A stretch of 63,861 bases of DNA, filler included, from Octopus bimaculoides (Eukaryota), in NCBI RefSeq assembly GCF_001194135.2. It is 7 parts of 7 records of this genome, joined end to end, with 100 filler letters (N's around TTAATTAATTAA, not from the genome) between each part and the next. Parts side by side here need not be neighbours in the genome. Positions count along the whole stretch, not along the records: positions 16,751 to 40,971 come from NC_068986.1; 6 more parts are not named here. One strand, given 5' to 3'. The notes beneath the pieces were generated by a model. That model saw only the letters and a list, made by a program, of their open reading frames with translations, had not been told where the DNA came from and ran no database searches. This document shows positions 24,634-38,243 of this stretch, in pieces. The translations under genes and the position numbers were made by a program. Every line of letters starts with the position of its first letter. Position 1 is the first letter of the stretch.

Positions 24634-25699
24634 NNNNNNNNNNNNNNNNNNNNNNNNNNNNNNNNNNNNNNNNNNNNNNNNNNNNNNNNNNNNNNNNNNN
24701 NNNNNNNNNNNNNNNNNNNNNNNNNNNNNNNNNNNNNNNNNNNNNNNNNNNNNNNNNNNNNNNNNNNNNNNNNNNNNNNNNNNNNNNNNNNNNNNNNNNN
24801 NNNNNNNNNNNNNNNNNNNNNNNNNNNNNNNNNNNNNNNNNNNNNNNNNNNNNNNNNNNNNNNNNNNNNNNNNNNNNNNNNNNNNNNNNNNNNNNNNNNN
24901 NNNNNNNNNNNNNNNNNNNNNNNNNNNNNNNNNNNNNNNNNNNNNNNNNNNNNNNNNNNNNNNNNNNNNNNNNNNNNNNNNNNNNNNNNNNNNNNNNNNN
25001 NNNNNNNNNNNNNNNNNNNNNNNNNNNNNNNNNNNNNNNNNNNNNNNNNNNNNNNNNNNNNNNNNNNNNNNNNNNNNNNNNNNNNNNNNNNNNNNNNNNN
25101 NNNNNNNNNNNNNNNNNNNNNNNNNNNNNNNNNNNNNNNNNNNNNNNNNNNNNNNNNNNNNNNNNNNNNNNNNNNNNNNNNNNNNNNNNNNNNNNNNNNN
25201 NNNNNNNNNNNNNNNNNNNNNNNNNNNNNNNNNNNNNNNNNNNNNNNNNNNNNNNNNNNNNNNNNNNNNNNNNNNNNNNNNNNNNNNNNNNNNNNNNNNN
25301 NNNNNNNNNNNNNNNNNNNNNNNNNNNNNNNNNNNNNNNNNNNNNNNNNNNNNNNNNNNNNNNNNNNNNNNNNNNNNNNNNNNNNNNNNNNNNNNNNNNN
25401 NNNNNNNNNNNNNNNNNNNNNNNNNNNNNNNNNNTGTTGGAATTAATCCTTTCTTGTTTGTTAATCTGTTAAATTCAAGTGTTATGGAAATAATTCTTTT
25501 GTTAGGTTTTCTCTTGTTATCAATTAATTTTTAGTAATTGTCCTCTCCTTATCTGACAAGTAATCTGAAGCTGAGTTTTAAAAGAAACAAATTCATTTAA
25601 GAATTCACATTAACTGTTAAAAATACTTTTTGCTTATTTTTTATATTATAGTCTACTATGATATGTGTGTGTGTGTGTATGTGTGTGTGTGTGTGTGTG

Positions 25700-26191
25700 G
25701 ACGTCTGCGCAAAGATTTGTTTCCAGTAATGAGGACACGCAATCCTTCACTGCACAACATGACTTAACCATGACAGGTCCAATGGTAAGGAAGAAATCCA
25801 GAACGATTGAGATCAGAGACAAGTTGCAGCGAGTTGCCGCATCTACAGTATATAGTGGAGAGCCTTTACAACCAGGCCGCTTAGCTTTGCCCAGTTATAA
25901 CTAATAGCAGCACAAAACACGATTTGCCGCCGAATGACGGACAGACGCAGAGGGTGTGTGACCGGGGCAGAGACCAGATGCTGGAACAGACGCTGTTTTG
26001 GATTTGAGAAAGTAAGGAAGAGAAGGCAGGACTTAGTCGACATGCTTGTTAACCCATAGCTGGGACCCTAATAGGTGCTACTATTCGGGGTCAGAGTAGA
26101 CCTGCGAAAAATAGTAGCAAATGGTGAATCCACACTTCTCCAAACCCTGGAACTCCGTGCCAGGGCCCAGCTATTGGATAGTAGTACCAAG

Positions 26192-26195
<4 letters not shown>
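25700..26195 (+). mobile_element. Degenerate RTE-like LINE 3' end
   Basis: Weak ORF2 C-terminus-like translation and a ggggtcagagtagacctg..ccacacttctccaaa 3'UTR-like segment. Confidence 0.4.
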
Positions 26196-26227
<32 letters not shown>

Positions 26228-26531
26228 TATATATAAAATAGCACGAGGCCTTTTCAGATGTTGGACGGCTAAATTGGATTTGATTAGAATGACGTTAATA
26301 TGTTCCTGGTATTTTAGAGTGTGGTGAATCGCAATGATTTCGAACATACAACAGCACGCATCCACCAACAATTGTATAAGACAGTTTAAATATTTACTCT
26401 ACTGCTCCAACTATTTTAATCTGAATACAGACATATGTACGTATCTAAATAAATATGTGCATATCTGAGAATAAATGACTGAATATTTACAAATACATAC
26501 ATACATAAATACATACGTATATATTTGTGTG

Positions 26532-26591
<60 letters not shown>

Positions 26592-29339
26592 NNNNNNNNN
26601 NNNNNNNNNNNNNNNNNNNNNNNNNNNNNNNNNNNNNNNNNNNNNNNNNNNNNNNNNNNNNNNNNNNNNNNNNNNNNNNNNNNNNNNNNNNNNNNNNNNN
26701 NNNNNNNNNNNNNNNNNNNNNNNNNNNNNNNNNNNNNNNNNNNNNNNNNNNNNNNNNNNNNNNNNNNNNNNNNNNNNNNNNNNNNNNNNNNNNNNNNNNN
26801 NNNNNNNNNNNNNNNNNNNNNNNNNNNNNNNNNNNNNNNNNNNNNNNNNNNNNNNNNNNNNNNNNNNNNNNNNNNNNNNNNNNNNNNNNNNNNNNNNNNN
26901 NNNNNNNNNNNNNNNNNNNNNNNNNNNNNNNNNNNNNNNNNNNNNNNNNNNNNNNNNNNNNNNNNNNNNNNNNNNNNNNNNNNNNNNNNNNNNNNNNNNN
27001 NNNNNNNNNNNNNNNNNNNNNNNNNNNNNNNNNNNNNNNNNNNNNNNNNNNNNNNNNNNNNNNNNNNNNNNNNNNNNNNNNNNNNNNNNNNNNNNNNNNN
27101 NNNNNNNNNNNNNNNNNNNNNNNNNNNNNNNNNNNNNNNNNNNNNNNNNNNNNNNNNNNNNNNNNNNNNNNNNNNNNNNNNNNNNNNNNNNNNNNNNNNN
27201 NNNNNNNNNNNNNNNNNNNNNNNNNNNNNNNNNNNNNNNNNNNNNNNNNNNNNNNNNNNNNNNNNNNNNNNNNNNNNNNNNNNNNNNNNNNNNNNNNNNN
27301 NNNNNNNNNNNNNNNNNNNNNNNNNNNNNNNNNNNNNNNNNNNNNNNNNNNNNNNNNNNNNNNNNNNNNNNNNNNNNNNNNNNNNNNNNNNNNNNNNNNN
27401 NNNNNNNNNNNNNNNNNNNNNNNNNNNNNNNNNNNNNNNNNNNNNNNNNNNNNNNNNNNNNNNNNNNNNNNNNNNNNNNNNNNNNNNNNNNNNNNNNNNN
27501 NNNNNNNNNNNNNNNNNNNNNNNNNNNNNNNNNNNNNNNNNNNNNNNNNNNTATATATATGCATACACACGCACACACATGCACATGCACACACATACAC
27601 CCATCCATCCATACATACATACATACATACATACATACATACATGCACACACAGACATGTAGACAGACAGACAGTCAGATGTCTGTGTGTATTTGCATGT
27701 ATACATGTATGCGTCTGTATGTGTTGTGGACTCGTAGATAAATATATACAGATACTGTGCTAAAACTGTAAGTTACACAATCTCACAGTCACATTCATCG
27801 TTAAAAGCTGCTACAAGGAACGGTGCTATTATTGATGCAGGATGGTTGCGGCGAGATGAAGTGTGTGGGGAAAGCTATTATTGAAATTTGAAGTGATGTG
27901 TCAGTTCCTTGACAGAAACATCGATGACATAGTAAATTTTGCTTTCGATATTGAGTTGTAGACCTTTGGATGAAATCATCGCTTTTCCCGGTGAAAATCA
28001 AAATAAATAAAAAGAAGTTTTGATGAAGATATTCTCCATTGAAGAATAATAGTCACCGTTGTTCTTGCTGTTGTCGTTGTTTTTGTTTCTGTTGTTGTTT
28101 CAACTTCTTTGGTTCTCATCTCTTTTAGAATGTCTTCTCCTTCTGTCTTTTAATATATTATTCTTTTCTTTGTATAAATGTGTATCTGTATATATATATA
28201 TATATATNNNNNNNNNNNNNNCTATCTATCTATCTGTCTATCTATATACACTCTCTCTCTCCCTCTGTCTCACACACACACGCACATACACACACAGACA
28301 CACACACATACATATGTGTATGGTTGTGTGTGTATATGTTCGCGTTTTCTTTTTGTATGCGTTATTTTTTCTTCGTCTTTTTTCTTTATTTGTTCCTAAA
28401 TTGTCCGGGAGACAAAATGAAAGTCACGGTTGAGATACTTTTGCAATGGCCACTTTCCCGGAACGAAAGGCGGGAAAAACGATCGATTATTTACCATTCA
28501 CTTTAATTACTGGCTTCTTCAGTTCTCGATAGCACACGTGTCCTTAATGGGGATTGGTTGTCTCGCTTGACTTACTCTCTTTAATTGGACACTTGGTGCC
28601 CTTCTCAACGAAAGAAAAATTCTGTCGAAGATTTCGGCAAAATGAAATAAATAAGTTCAATTTCCATTTGGAAATACATATATTATCTGAATTCAGAAAA
28701 TGGTTTCCCTTTATGGCGCATACATTCTTAGTTATAGTAATTAAGATCTGATACCAAATTCCTAATGATTTGTGTCTGTAATATTAGTAAAACGTTGCCA
28801 ATTATATTATTAGCAAGATTAATAAGTGCAAATAGAAGCAGTACAATTTAATCATTACGAGATCAGCGAAATTTTCGAGTAAGATCGAATCTACGACATA
28901 GTTTCGATTCCTACTAGAATCTATTCCATTCTATTTTTTGCATCATAAATGTCAGGTGAGAATGTATTGAATTTACCAAACCTTCTGAAAGGTTTTGTTT
29001 TCCCTTTATTCCAATCCCTCTCCTAGAGTTATAATCACAGGCAATTGTGCCTGTAAAGATTACTGCTTCACAGGCCACCACCAGCTACTTATACTATCAC
29101 AGAAATGGGTTATGGAACATTGCTTGTAGTTGGCTTTTATACACATTTTCATTAATATTTTGGCGTAGTACTTCCCCTATGAGTAGTCAATATTATCTAT
29201 AATTCAAACTCAAAGTTTGTTGGAACACTTGAATTCTTGCATGTATAGCAGGTTTGCTACCTCTACCCTACAGTATCAGGCTATTTGTTCTCCTCATCAT
29301 CATACTCTTCTTCTTCGTCGTCGTCGTCGTCGTTTTTGT

Positions 29340-29500
29340 TCACGTTCTGAGTTCAAATTCCGCCAAAGTCCACTTTGCCTTTTAGGGTCGAAAAAAAAAG
29401 TATCAATTAATTACTGGGGGTCGATGTAATCGACTTACTCCCTACTCCGAACTTGCTGGCCTTGTACCAAAATTTGAAACCATTATCATTATTATCATTA
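29340..29500 (+). mobile_element. SINE family B, 3' part with tail type 2
   Basis: gttctgagttcaaattcc..ctgggggtcgatgtaatcgact..ggccttgtaccaaaatttgaaacc(att)n. Confidence 0.8.
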
Positions 29501-29504
29501 TTTT

Positions 29505-30360
29505 TAAGACGTCGCACAGTATCCAATATCGTGTTGTTGTTGATTGAAGTTATTATGTCTTCCGGGAGTTTGTACTGTCTGTCAAGTCACGACAAGGACC
29601 TCAGACAGAGATTACTTTGTGCAATATGCGTGCAGTTCCAAATAATGCTGAGTTTTGCTGTACACCTAGATTGTAGGCTATTTCTAAAGTTTCCAGATGT
29701 TTTTTTCAGGTTGGGTGGTGTTGATACCAATGCTCCGATGACAATAGGGACAACCTTTATGTTTGACTCTCGTGACTGCCACATCTTGGCGATCTCAGTT
29801 CTCTGGTCTGCATATTTATCAATCTTTTCTCTTTCTTTCATGATAATATGTTGATCTCTTGGCACTGCCACGTCGATTATTAGGCACTCTTGTTTGTCCC
29901 TCCTAAAGGTTACTATATCTGGTCTTCGGTGCTCTAACACCTTGTCTGTCTGGAAGTCAAAGCTCCTTTTTGTCCATTACATTTACCGGTGTTTTTGGTA
30001 CCAAGCATCGGTTATCTCGTACCCATACTTCCGGCATAGTAGCCACTAAAGGTTTGTATCTGCGCTTGTACTCTTTCTGTACAAGATTTTCACAAACACT
30101 AATAATGTGAGTTACGCTTTCAACCCTCTTCCCACACATTCTGAAGAGGTTCGTTGCACTTATGTGGTACATATCCCTTTTCACTGTGTTGGTATTCAAT
30201 GCTTGGTCCAAGGTAGCGATGATTAGGCTTTCAGTCTTCTTTTTTAGGTCACCCTTACTGAGCCACCTCTATGATGCTTCCTGGTCTTTTAATTTGTTAG
30301 TTTCACGGTGGAACTGACCATGTAATTCCATGCGGAGTAGGGTTTCTTCTCTCTCGTTGG
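29505..30360 (-). mobile_element. R4/Dong-like RLE non-LTR retrotransposon, 5'-truncated pseudogene
   Basis: LHGQF..WL..GDLK..TESLIIA..DQALNT..RMCGKRVESVTHIISVC..EYKRR (CCHC-like), then HRRPDIV..CLIIDVAVP..EKIDKY..VVPIVIGAL (PD-D/ExK nuclease). Confidence 0.92.
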
Positions 30361-30361
30361 C

Positions 30362-30413
<52 letters not shown>

Positions 30414-32950
30414 TGGGCGCTAGATTAGCAGGATGACAAGATGCTTTTGTGATTTTCTCCCAGTTTTTTTTTTCATTATATGTATTATGTGAATAAATAT
30501 TTATTTACACGCACATATAAGTATATGTGTATGCTTGACTGTGTGTTTGCGTAGAGCATCGGATAGAATACTTTGAATATTGTTTCGGCTCCTTACGCTC
30601 TAAGTTAAAATCCTGCCAACGTTCACATAGCGTTTCACCTTTTCAGAGTCGATAAGAATAGTAATTAACCAGTGTTAATGTCGCCCTCTTTTCTGCTACA
30701 TTCTAGAGGTTCTGCCAGTATAAAAGGACTGACAGCGTGTCTGTGTTTGCTCGCAACTACATTGGCGCCCAAAACATTTAGCAAAAGCATGAAACATAAA
30801 ACGTCACAACACGCTTGCGAGTGACAGCTAGAGTATAGTTTAGTTTATTATATGAATGAATGATTGAATGAATGAATTTGAACAACCACTTCAGTTTCGG
30901 TCAGGTATGTGCTTGATATAAATAGCTGAAGGTTATTACGTTTTCTGTGAGCAGAAAAGTTAGGGTACTTGCTCTCTGACGTGTCCCCGAAGAGAGATGA
31001 AACTTTTGTTGCGGTATTAATGATAGCAGCAACATATTCTGAACAGAAAATAGTTTCCTTTTTAAAATATTTCGCACCCTCGAATCGGCTGTGTACACCG
31101 TATATTGTTGCTTCTAATCCCCACCTCAACTTTGGTCCTGCAAACACATGACGAAAAAGCATTTCATCCATGATCATCAAGCTTTTTCTCAGTGCATACT
31201 ACCCTTACCATTCTTCGCGCTTTTATGATGGTGAGATAATTGGCTGCTATTTCTAGCAGGCCAAGTGATCACAAAATATGTCTGTATGGGGAGTAGATTG
31301 CAAGAATCGTAACAACTTCACAATTACTGGCCTTGGTCCTTAATCAGAAATTATTCAAGGCAGCGAGCTGGCATAAACGTTAGTTCGTCAGACGAAAAGC
31401 TAAGTATCTCTCTTCCGATAACATAAAGTACTGATATTGTTTATATATTACTGGCCTTGCTAAATGAGAAACAATTGTGACTGCTTTAGTTTTAAGGCAG
31501 CTGAGTATTTTGGCTGACAGAGTTAGTGGCGGGGGGGGGTCTGAAATTTTGGATATTTATGTTCCGAGTTCAATCCCACTACAGTCGAATTTGCTATACA
31601 TATATTTTCCTTTATTGACCTACTGATGCAGGTCAAGTCTGTCAAATATACTCTCTTCTTAGCAAATTTATCCCGGTAGTTATTAAGTAGAGCTTTCACT
31701 TCAGTTGTTCCAACTGTGACCATCAAGTTCTTTATCGAATATTGTGTATATTCGGCACACAATTACAAAGGTACATTTTAAAGAAGATTTGGCTGTTATT
31801 TTTAGTAGATCAAATAGCCACCTATAAGCACCGTGGTAGACCTGCTAGGAACTCTCCGTGCAATCGGAACACTCTCGTCACATATATCATTGCTTTAATG
31901 CATTCATGCATTAACATATTATGTTAGTCGCCGCTGTTGTTGACACTGTCTTTGTTATTGATGTTGCTATTGTTGTCAATGCCTTAGGGATATTTGGTTC
32001 CTACTTCTAGCAGGTTGAGCGACAGTATTGAAGCTTCCCAGTAGCACATATATAATATATGTAGAATTAGTTAATGTTTTGCCATTGCAATTTGGGCTGC
32101 ACAACAATGACAACAACAACAATTACATTTTGTATAGAACTGAACTGAATTGGTTTGAACTGAATAAATAGCTTATATTTCGTTGGACAAAAAGCAGCGC
32201 TGGTGTTTTAATATATTTAGTAATCATAAGACAGACCTTATGACACTTCTTGACACGGTTCATTTGACAGATGTCAGAAGCCAATTGCCTTGAAACGGTT
32301 CGGTTGTTAGATGCCAGGCAATGAAGCACTTTCTTTTCTTTTTTTCTCTTTTTTTTATGCTTTTGTTTTTAATGGGTGGATACAGTCGAATGATTAGACA
32401 TTAGACAAGCTGACGCTTTTCTTTCTTCCTACGTACGATCCAATGTTAAGGTGTCAAAATCTTAGAAGACAACACGCTGAGTTATATACATTGCACAGAT
32501 GCTAGAAAGTAGGATTCTCTCGCGCGGACAGTTCTAACATCAGAATCTATTAAGGAAAGGCTCTGTCTAGGTCTCTGGTACTTCATTGTTTGGTGCAGGG
32601 GGATGCTGATCATGTCAACCAAACAAGGTAGATAGCGTAATGAATATTAAGTTTCAATAGCCTCCTTAGGTCAGTTATTGTTGGGAATAAATGACTGTGG
32701 CTTTTACTATAATTATCATTCATTGAAAGGTACAATAGTCAAACAGTACTCTTAAATAATAATAATAATAATAAGAAGAAGAAGAAGAAGAAGAAGAACT
32801 ATAAGTCGATTAGATGGATCCCAGTACTCCACTAGTATCATATTTTATTGAACCCCGAAAGGCAAAGTTGACCTCAGTGGGATTTGAGCTTAGAATGTAA
32901 AGAGTCGGAAAAATACCACTAAACATTTTGTTCAAATCCCTAACGTTTCT

Positions 32951-33183
32951 TATTTCTTTATTGCCCACAAGGGGTTAAACAAAAACGGGACAAACAAGGA
33001 CAGACAGAGGGATTAAGTCGATTACATCGACCCCAGTGCGTAACTAGTACTTAATTTATCAACCCCGAAAGGATGAAAGGCAAAGTCGACCTCGGCGGAA
33101 TTTGAACTCAGAACGTAGCGGCAGACGAAATACCGCTAAGCATTTCGCCCGGCGTACTAACGTTTCTGCCAGCTCGCCGCCTT
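32951..33183 (-). mobile_element. SINE family B, young copy with tail type 1, nested in an older copy (32762-32950)
   Basis: Near-consensus body with core tttgcctttcatcctttcggggttgataaattaagtac; CTAACGTTTC at both 32940-32949 and 33157-33166. Confidence 0.92.
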
Positions 33184-35189
33184 AAATAATAGTGTAAAGT
33201 ATTTTTTCCGATTTTCTAACAATTCTTGAATTCATTGCCATAAGAACTATATTAGTTGTTAAACAGTAATTACAATAATGTTTGCAGTGATTCACAAAGA
33301 GGTGCTCAGCCTAAATGCTATTGATAGAAGAGAGCAATGTCCAGCAAATATAACAATAATGAAAAATTAACTTATTCTTTAAAGAAACTGCTTATGCAAA
33401 ATTGAATGTAACTTAATTGTGACGAGGGAACAAAAGGTCTCTACATGGTTGATCGACTGGCAAGAAAAACAGCCATATCTTCTTCAAATCATGCCATACC
33501 GTCCTAAAAGAAAAAAAAAAGAGAAACGTATTGGCTAATGTAATCCTATATGTTTTATGAATGAAAACAAGATGGGACGGAACGTTTTTTATCGTATGTA
33601 TTCTCAATACAATATTTTTTCCGAATCTCTGCGCTCTAAGTTCAAACCTTGCCGAGACCAACTTTGCTTTTACGCCATGCAAGGGTTTGCTAAAATATAG
33701 TACTACTACAGGGCAGTGGAGTGGTAGAATTGTTGAAGTTCTGGACGAGATCCCTTACAGTATTTGTTCCGTTTGTGTGTGTGTGTGTGTGTTCTGAATT
33801 CTTGGATGGTAGACTTAATCCGTCACTTAGTTCAACACTACCAACTGATCCCTGAATGCATCTAACGGAGTTCACTTTGTTAAAAGCATTCAGGTCAGTT
33901 CCCTGGTTTGGAGGTAACTTTTTCCCTCTCTCCCACTAGTTTTGGAGGCATCATAAAATAAGGGTTATATGTACTGCCTATGCAGTAATAAATGGAATTA
34001 GAATTAGCCCAAACTGACCAACAACAACAGTAGCAACAAGAGGATTGCGATGAGGGAGCCTAATATCTTGAAAATAAAAAGACACATTGAATAATATAAT
34101 CCTAGATACACAATGACTGAAAGAAGGATAAGATAGTCAGAACTGGAACACATTGGATAAAATGTCTTGCCACTCAGGAGCAATCCAAACACAACGAAAA
34201 TAACAAGATTAACTGCAACAAAGTAATTGCAAAACGAGATGGGGAGTTTTCTATATATGTACAGCATCCCTGGTTATTCTAGACATAAGCAGCACTACAA
34301 TAAAGTCCGTGTTGTATACCATCGCAGCCTCTTTCAACTAATATGGGAATATTGCTTTGTTACCCACATAAGAGAACTGCACGCATATCTTTGACGGTGT
34401 GCTATTTACTATTTACGCAAATATCTAAGGTCTCAACCAAAAGAAGGCGTTAGACTGATTAGGAAAATGTTTGAAACCTCTACACCGTCGTTCCATCTGC
34501 TGGAAATAACTAAATTTTCCTCAAATCATTCCTTTAAAAACAGGAAGAAGACATTAGACAATATAATCCTAGATATATAAAAAGGATGGGATGGTTATGA
34601 TTGAAATGCCTTGGTCATATATGTATATAACTGCGCTGAATTTAGAGCCAAACAACACTAGAACTAATATTATGAATATGCTTTTCCTTCAATCTGCAAC
34701 CTTATGCAAATATGTTTTTTAATCCCATAAATGGAGACCCCAAAAGAGAAATAAGAAAATCAATATCGAGACAACGAAGTAGCAGCCAAGTTTAAAAGAA
34801 GGTCGGGATATATTTTAGGTGTCAGCATAATTAATTGCATTGTCTCATTGTATAAGAATATGATTTCATTCAACTTAATCAATCTAAAACAAGGATTTGA
34901 TTAACTTTATTAACCCTTTTATAGTCTCATGCTTATTATAAAAATGATAGCTCAACTTTACACTAGAGGTACTAGGTATATGATTCTAGGCGAATGTTTT
35001 ACGGTTTTTCTTCAGTTGTCTGCCCGACTGGTTGGTGATAGTAGTGTATAGGAGGCGGTGATTTTAACGCCTATATCTACGGTCTATTGTGACTCTTGAC
35101 AGAATAGGAAGATTGTTGCAACAAACCAATAACAGCAGTTGGTTTAGAAAGATTGTCCTGTGAGCTCTATGAATACATAATCCTTTCTA

Positions 35190-35395
35190 CTGTAGGCACA
35201 AGGCCTGACATTTGAGGGGAGGGGAACTAGTCGATTACATCGACCTCAGTGCGGAACTGGTACTTAATTTATCGACCCCGAAAGGATGAAAGCAAAGTCG
35301 ACTCCGGCGGTATTTGAACTCTGAACGTAAAGACAGACGAAATACCACTAAGCATTTTGTCCGGCGTATTAACGACTCTGCCAGCTCGCCGCCTT
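35190..35395 (-). mobile_element. SINE family B, tail type 2
   Basis: Full head and core; tail cccctcaaatgtcaggccttgtgcctacagtagaaagg on minus. Confidence 0.88.
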
Positions 35396-35559
35396 TCTAT
35401 GAATATATAATGCAACCTACACTAACCCCAATAAAATTGAGTCCATATGCTCATGCTGAAATAACATACGCCCACTTGCTCTCTCTAGCAACGAAAAACT
35501 ATAATTTATGAAGCAGATGTTACATCTCCCACCACCACCACAAAATCTCAGTAAACTAC

Positions 35560-35840
35560 ATGAACGATTCATAGAAATGGTTCAATAGAAGTTTAAGAAG
35601 ATATTCTCGAACCATATATCCTCTTCTAGACACATCGATACAAGAAATACAGCATAAAACCAGCTGACTACACCTGGCGGTGAAAATAAAGATTACGACA
35701 TAAAATGGCAAACCTTCACGGTAATTAAAACAAAAGATGTCATTCTTGCGCTGCGGAGAAACTCATTATTCTTTAAAATCTTCATAGATAAATATGATCA
35801 CTATGTGACTACTAAATCAGAAATTTTGGTGAAGTGAAAA
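35560..35840 (+). pseudogene. Penelope-like GIY-YIG C-terminal fragment
   Basis: KFKKIFSNHISSSRH..NKDYDIKWQ..TTKSEILVK, homologous to 3510-3815. Confidence 0.65.
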
Positions 35841-35909
35841 ATGTTTATTAAGCAACCGAGCCATAACGTTTTTACTATTTTAACTTCCACAAGGCACACA
35901 CATGCACAC

Positions 35910-36325
35910 TTTTGTTTTTTATCGTTTGTTTGCTTCAGTCATGAGATTGCAGCCATGCTAGGGCACCACCTTGAAGAATTTTAGTCGAACGAATAGTTAT
36001 TTTTGAAGCCTGGTACTTATTCTATTGGAATTTTTTGCTTAACCGCTAAGTTACGGGGATGTAAACACACCATCACCGGTTGTCATGCGATAGTGGGGAC
36101 AAACATAAGCACAATGACACACACATACACACACACGCACACATACACACGCGCGCGCACACACACAAACGCGACGAGCTTCTTTCAGACTCCGTCTACC
36201 AAATCCACTCACAAGGCTTAGATTGGCCTTAGGTTATAGTAGAAGACACTTGCCAAAGGTGCCACGCAGTGGGACTGAATCCGGAACCATGTGGCTAGAA
36301 ATCAAACTTTTTACCACACAATCAC
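35910..36325 (-). mobile_element. SINE family A, full length
   Basis: Reverse complement of head, core, internal (CA)n and tail of 9842-10255. Confidence 0.88.
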
Positions 36326-38065
36326 TTTGTGCTAATATATGCATATGCATATATATATATATNNNNNNNNNNNNNNNNNNNNNNNNNNNNNNNNNNNNNN
36401 NNNNNNNNNNNNNNNNNNNNNNNNNNNNNNNNNNNNNNNNNNNNNNNNNNNNNNNNNNNNNNNNNNNNNNNNNNNNNNNNNNNNNNNNNNNNNNNNNNNN
36501 NNNNNNNNNNNNNNNNNNNNNNNNNNNNNNNNNNNNNNNNNNNNNNNNNNNNNNNNNNNNNNNNNNNNNNNNNNNNNNNNNNNNNNNNNNNNNNNNNNNN
36601 NNNNNNNNNNNNNNNNNNNNNNNNNNNNNNNNNNNNNNNNNNNNNNNNNNNNNNNNNNNNNNNNNNNNNNNNNNNNNNNNNNNNNNNNNNNNNNNNNNNN
36701 NNNNNNNNNNNNNNNNNNNNNNNNNNNNNNNNNNNNNNNNNNNNNNNNNNNNNNNNNNNNNNNNNNNNNNNNNNNNNNNNNNNNNNNNNNNNNNNNNNNN
36801 NNNNNNNNNNNNNNNNNNNNNNNNNNNNATGTATGTATATATACGCCGTAGCCGACATAATAGATTAGGCGCTTTTGTCTGCGTGCTGAAAAATGCTTCC
36901 CGTAAAGGATATATATATATATATTTATATACATATTCACACATACATATATGTATTTGTGTGTATGTATACTGATAGCATGTTATAAATATGCATAACA
37001 CAATGATATATGTTATAGATATATAAATTCACTCAGAATTCTTACAACCTACCTCAAACACCCGGTAGAGAGTGCCATCCCTCGAAACGTGCTAAATCCG
37101 ACGCTGTATACCGCAAGAAAAACACAGCCATGGGGAACAAACATGTGGCAGTGGTCGCAACAACAGCAGTGAGCGCGCATTACGCCATGCAAACCATTAA
37201 CGCTACAGTGCACTACCATATTATGCGCCACTGACCACACAAAGCAGATAAAACAGTCAAGCGAGCAGAACTCTGCGTCCCAAACGCGCATGCACTGGTA
37301 AAATGGGCCTGGTGTACAATTGGACGGCCGAAGTTGACACGCGTGAAGCTTAACCACAACGGTCACGATTATTCTGGAGCACGTTTACGATTATCCTGGA
37401 GCCCGTTTACGACACCCGATAACGTGTATGACCATGGCTTGTTAGCCACAAAATAACAACTGTTTTAATAAGCAGCACCGGTGTATGGGTAAGATCTAAG
37501 TTACGCTTAATAAATGAAAGATATGGCTTGAGTACCACCAGACTATCTTACTCAGTCAAGCACAAAATCAACAAAATCCAAATAAAAACTAAGATCATTG
37601 CAGACGGTTACAGATCAAGAACAACATTAGCTTGACCTGCAAGGTCTTTACTGGAAGTGATAAACTGCCTTTATCAAGGCTAAAGAGGATACGATCATCC
37701 ATTATCCAGAGGATTTACAACGCGTTTGCCCATCATTCTGAGCATGTCCATTTTACTGCCCCCTGTATACATTTACATGCACACAAATATACACACTCAC
37801 GCGCACGCGCGTACACACACACACACACACACTTTGTTGACATTATAAGAATTTAGAAACTTCGAGAATGGTAACTGTGAGTCTCGAAGTAGATAAAGGT
37901 GTAAATTAAATAATTTAAACATGGGGGAAAATAAAAAAACTTTGGATAGGAAAAGTCGAAGAAGTCAACATTTTTATCCAAGGAATCTGTAACCAGTCTT
38001 TATACTCTATTATTAAAGCTTTATCTGCTTCAAAAGTCACCGTTCACAAAAAGAATGTCTATCTA

Positions 38066-38096
<31 letters not shown>

Positions 38097-38184
38097 ATTT
38101 ATCTGTCTGTCTGTCGGGCCGTCTGTCTGTATGTATGTATTTATGTGAGTACAAACAGGATAAATAGAACTCAAACCTGAGTTT

Positions 38185-38243
<59 letters not shown>

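Noticed and set aside
30755-30773. ACA-TTGGCGCCCAA resembling an LTR end plus primer-binding site
   Set aside because: No second LTR, gag-pol or polypurine tract found.
34004-34267. Hydrophobic 87-aa ORF with plausible splice sites (exon 34019-34212, minus)
   Set aside because: Its middle is the antisense of the old repeat seen at 34550 and 52880, and its end is a (TTG)n run; T-richness explains the hydrophobicity.
37330-37420. RVKLN..YSGARLRLSWSP resembling a picorna-like capsid motif
   Set aside because: The motif is generated by a 22-bp tandem duplication; no other capsid similarity is visible.
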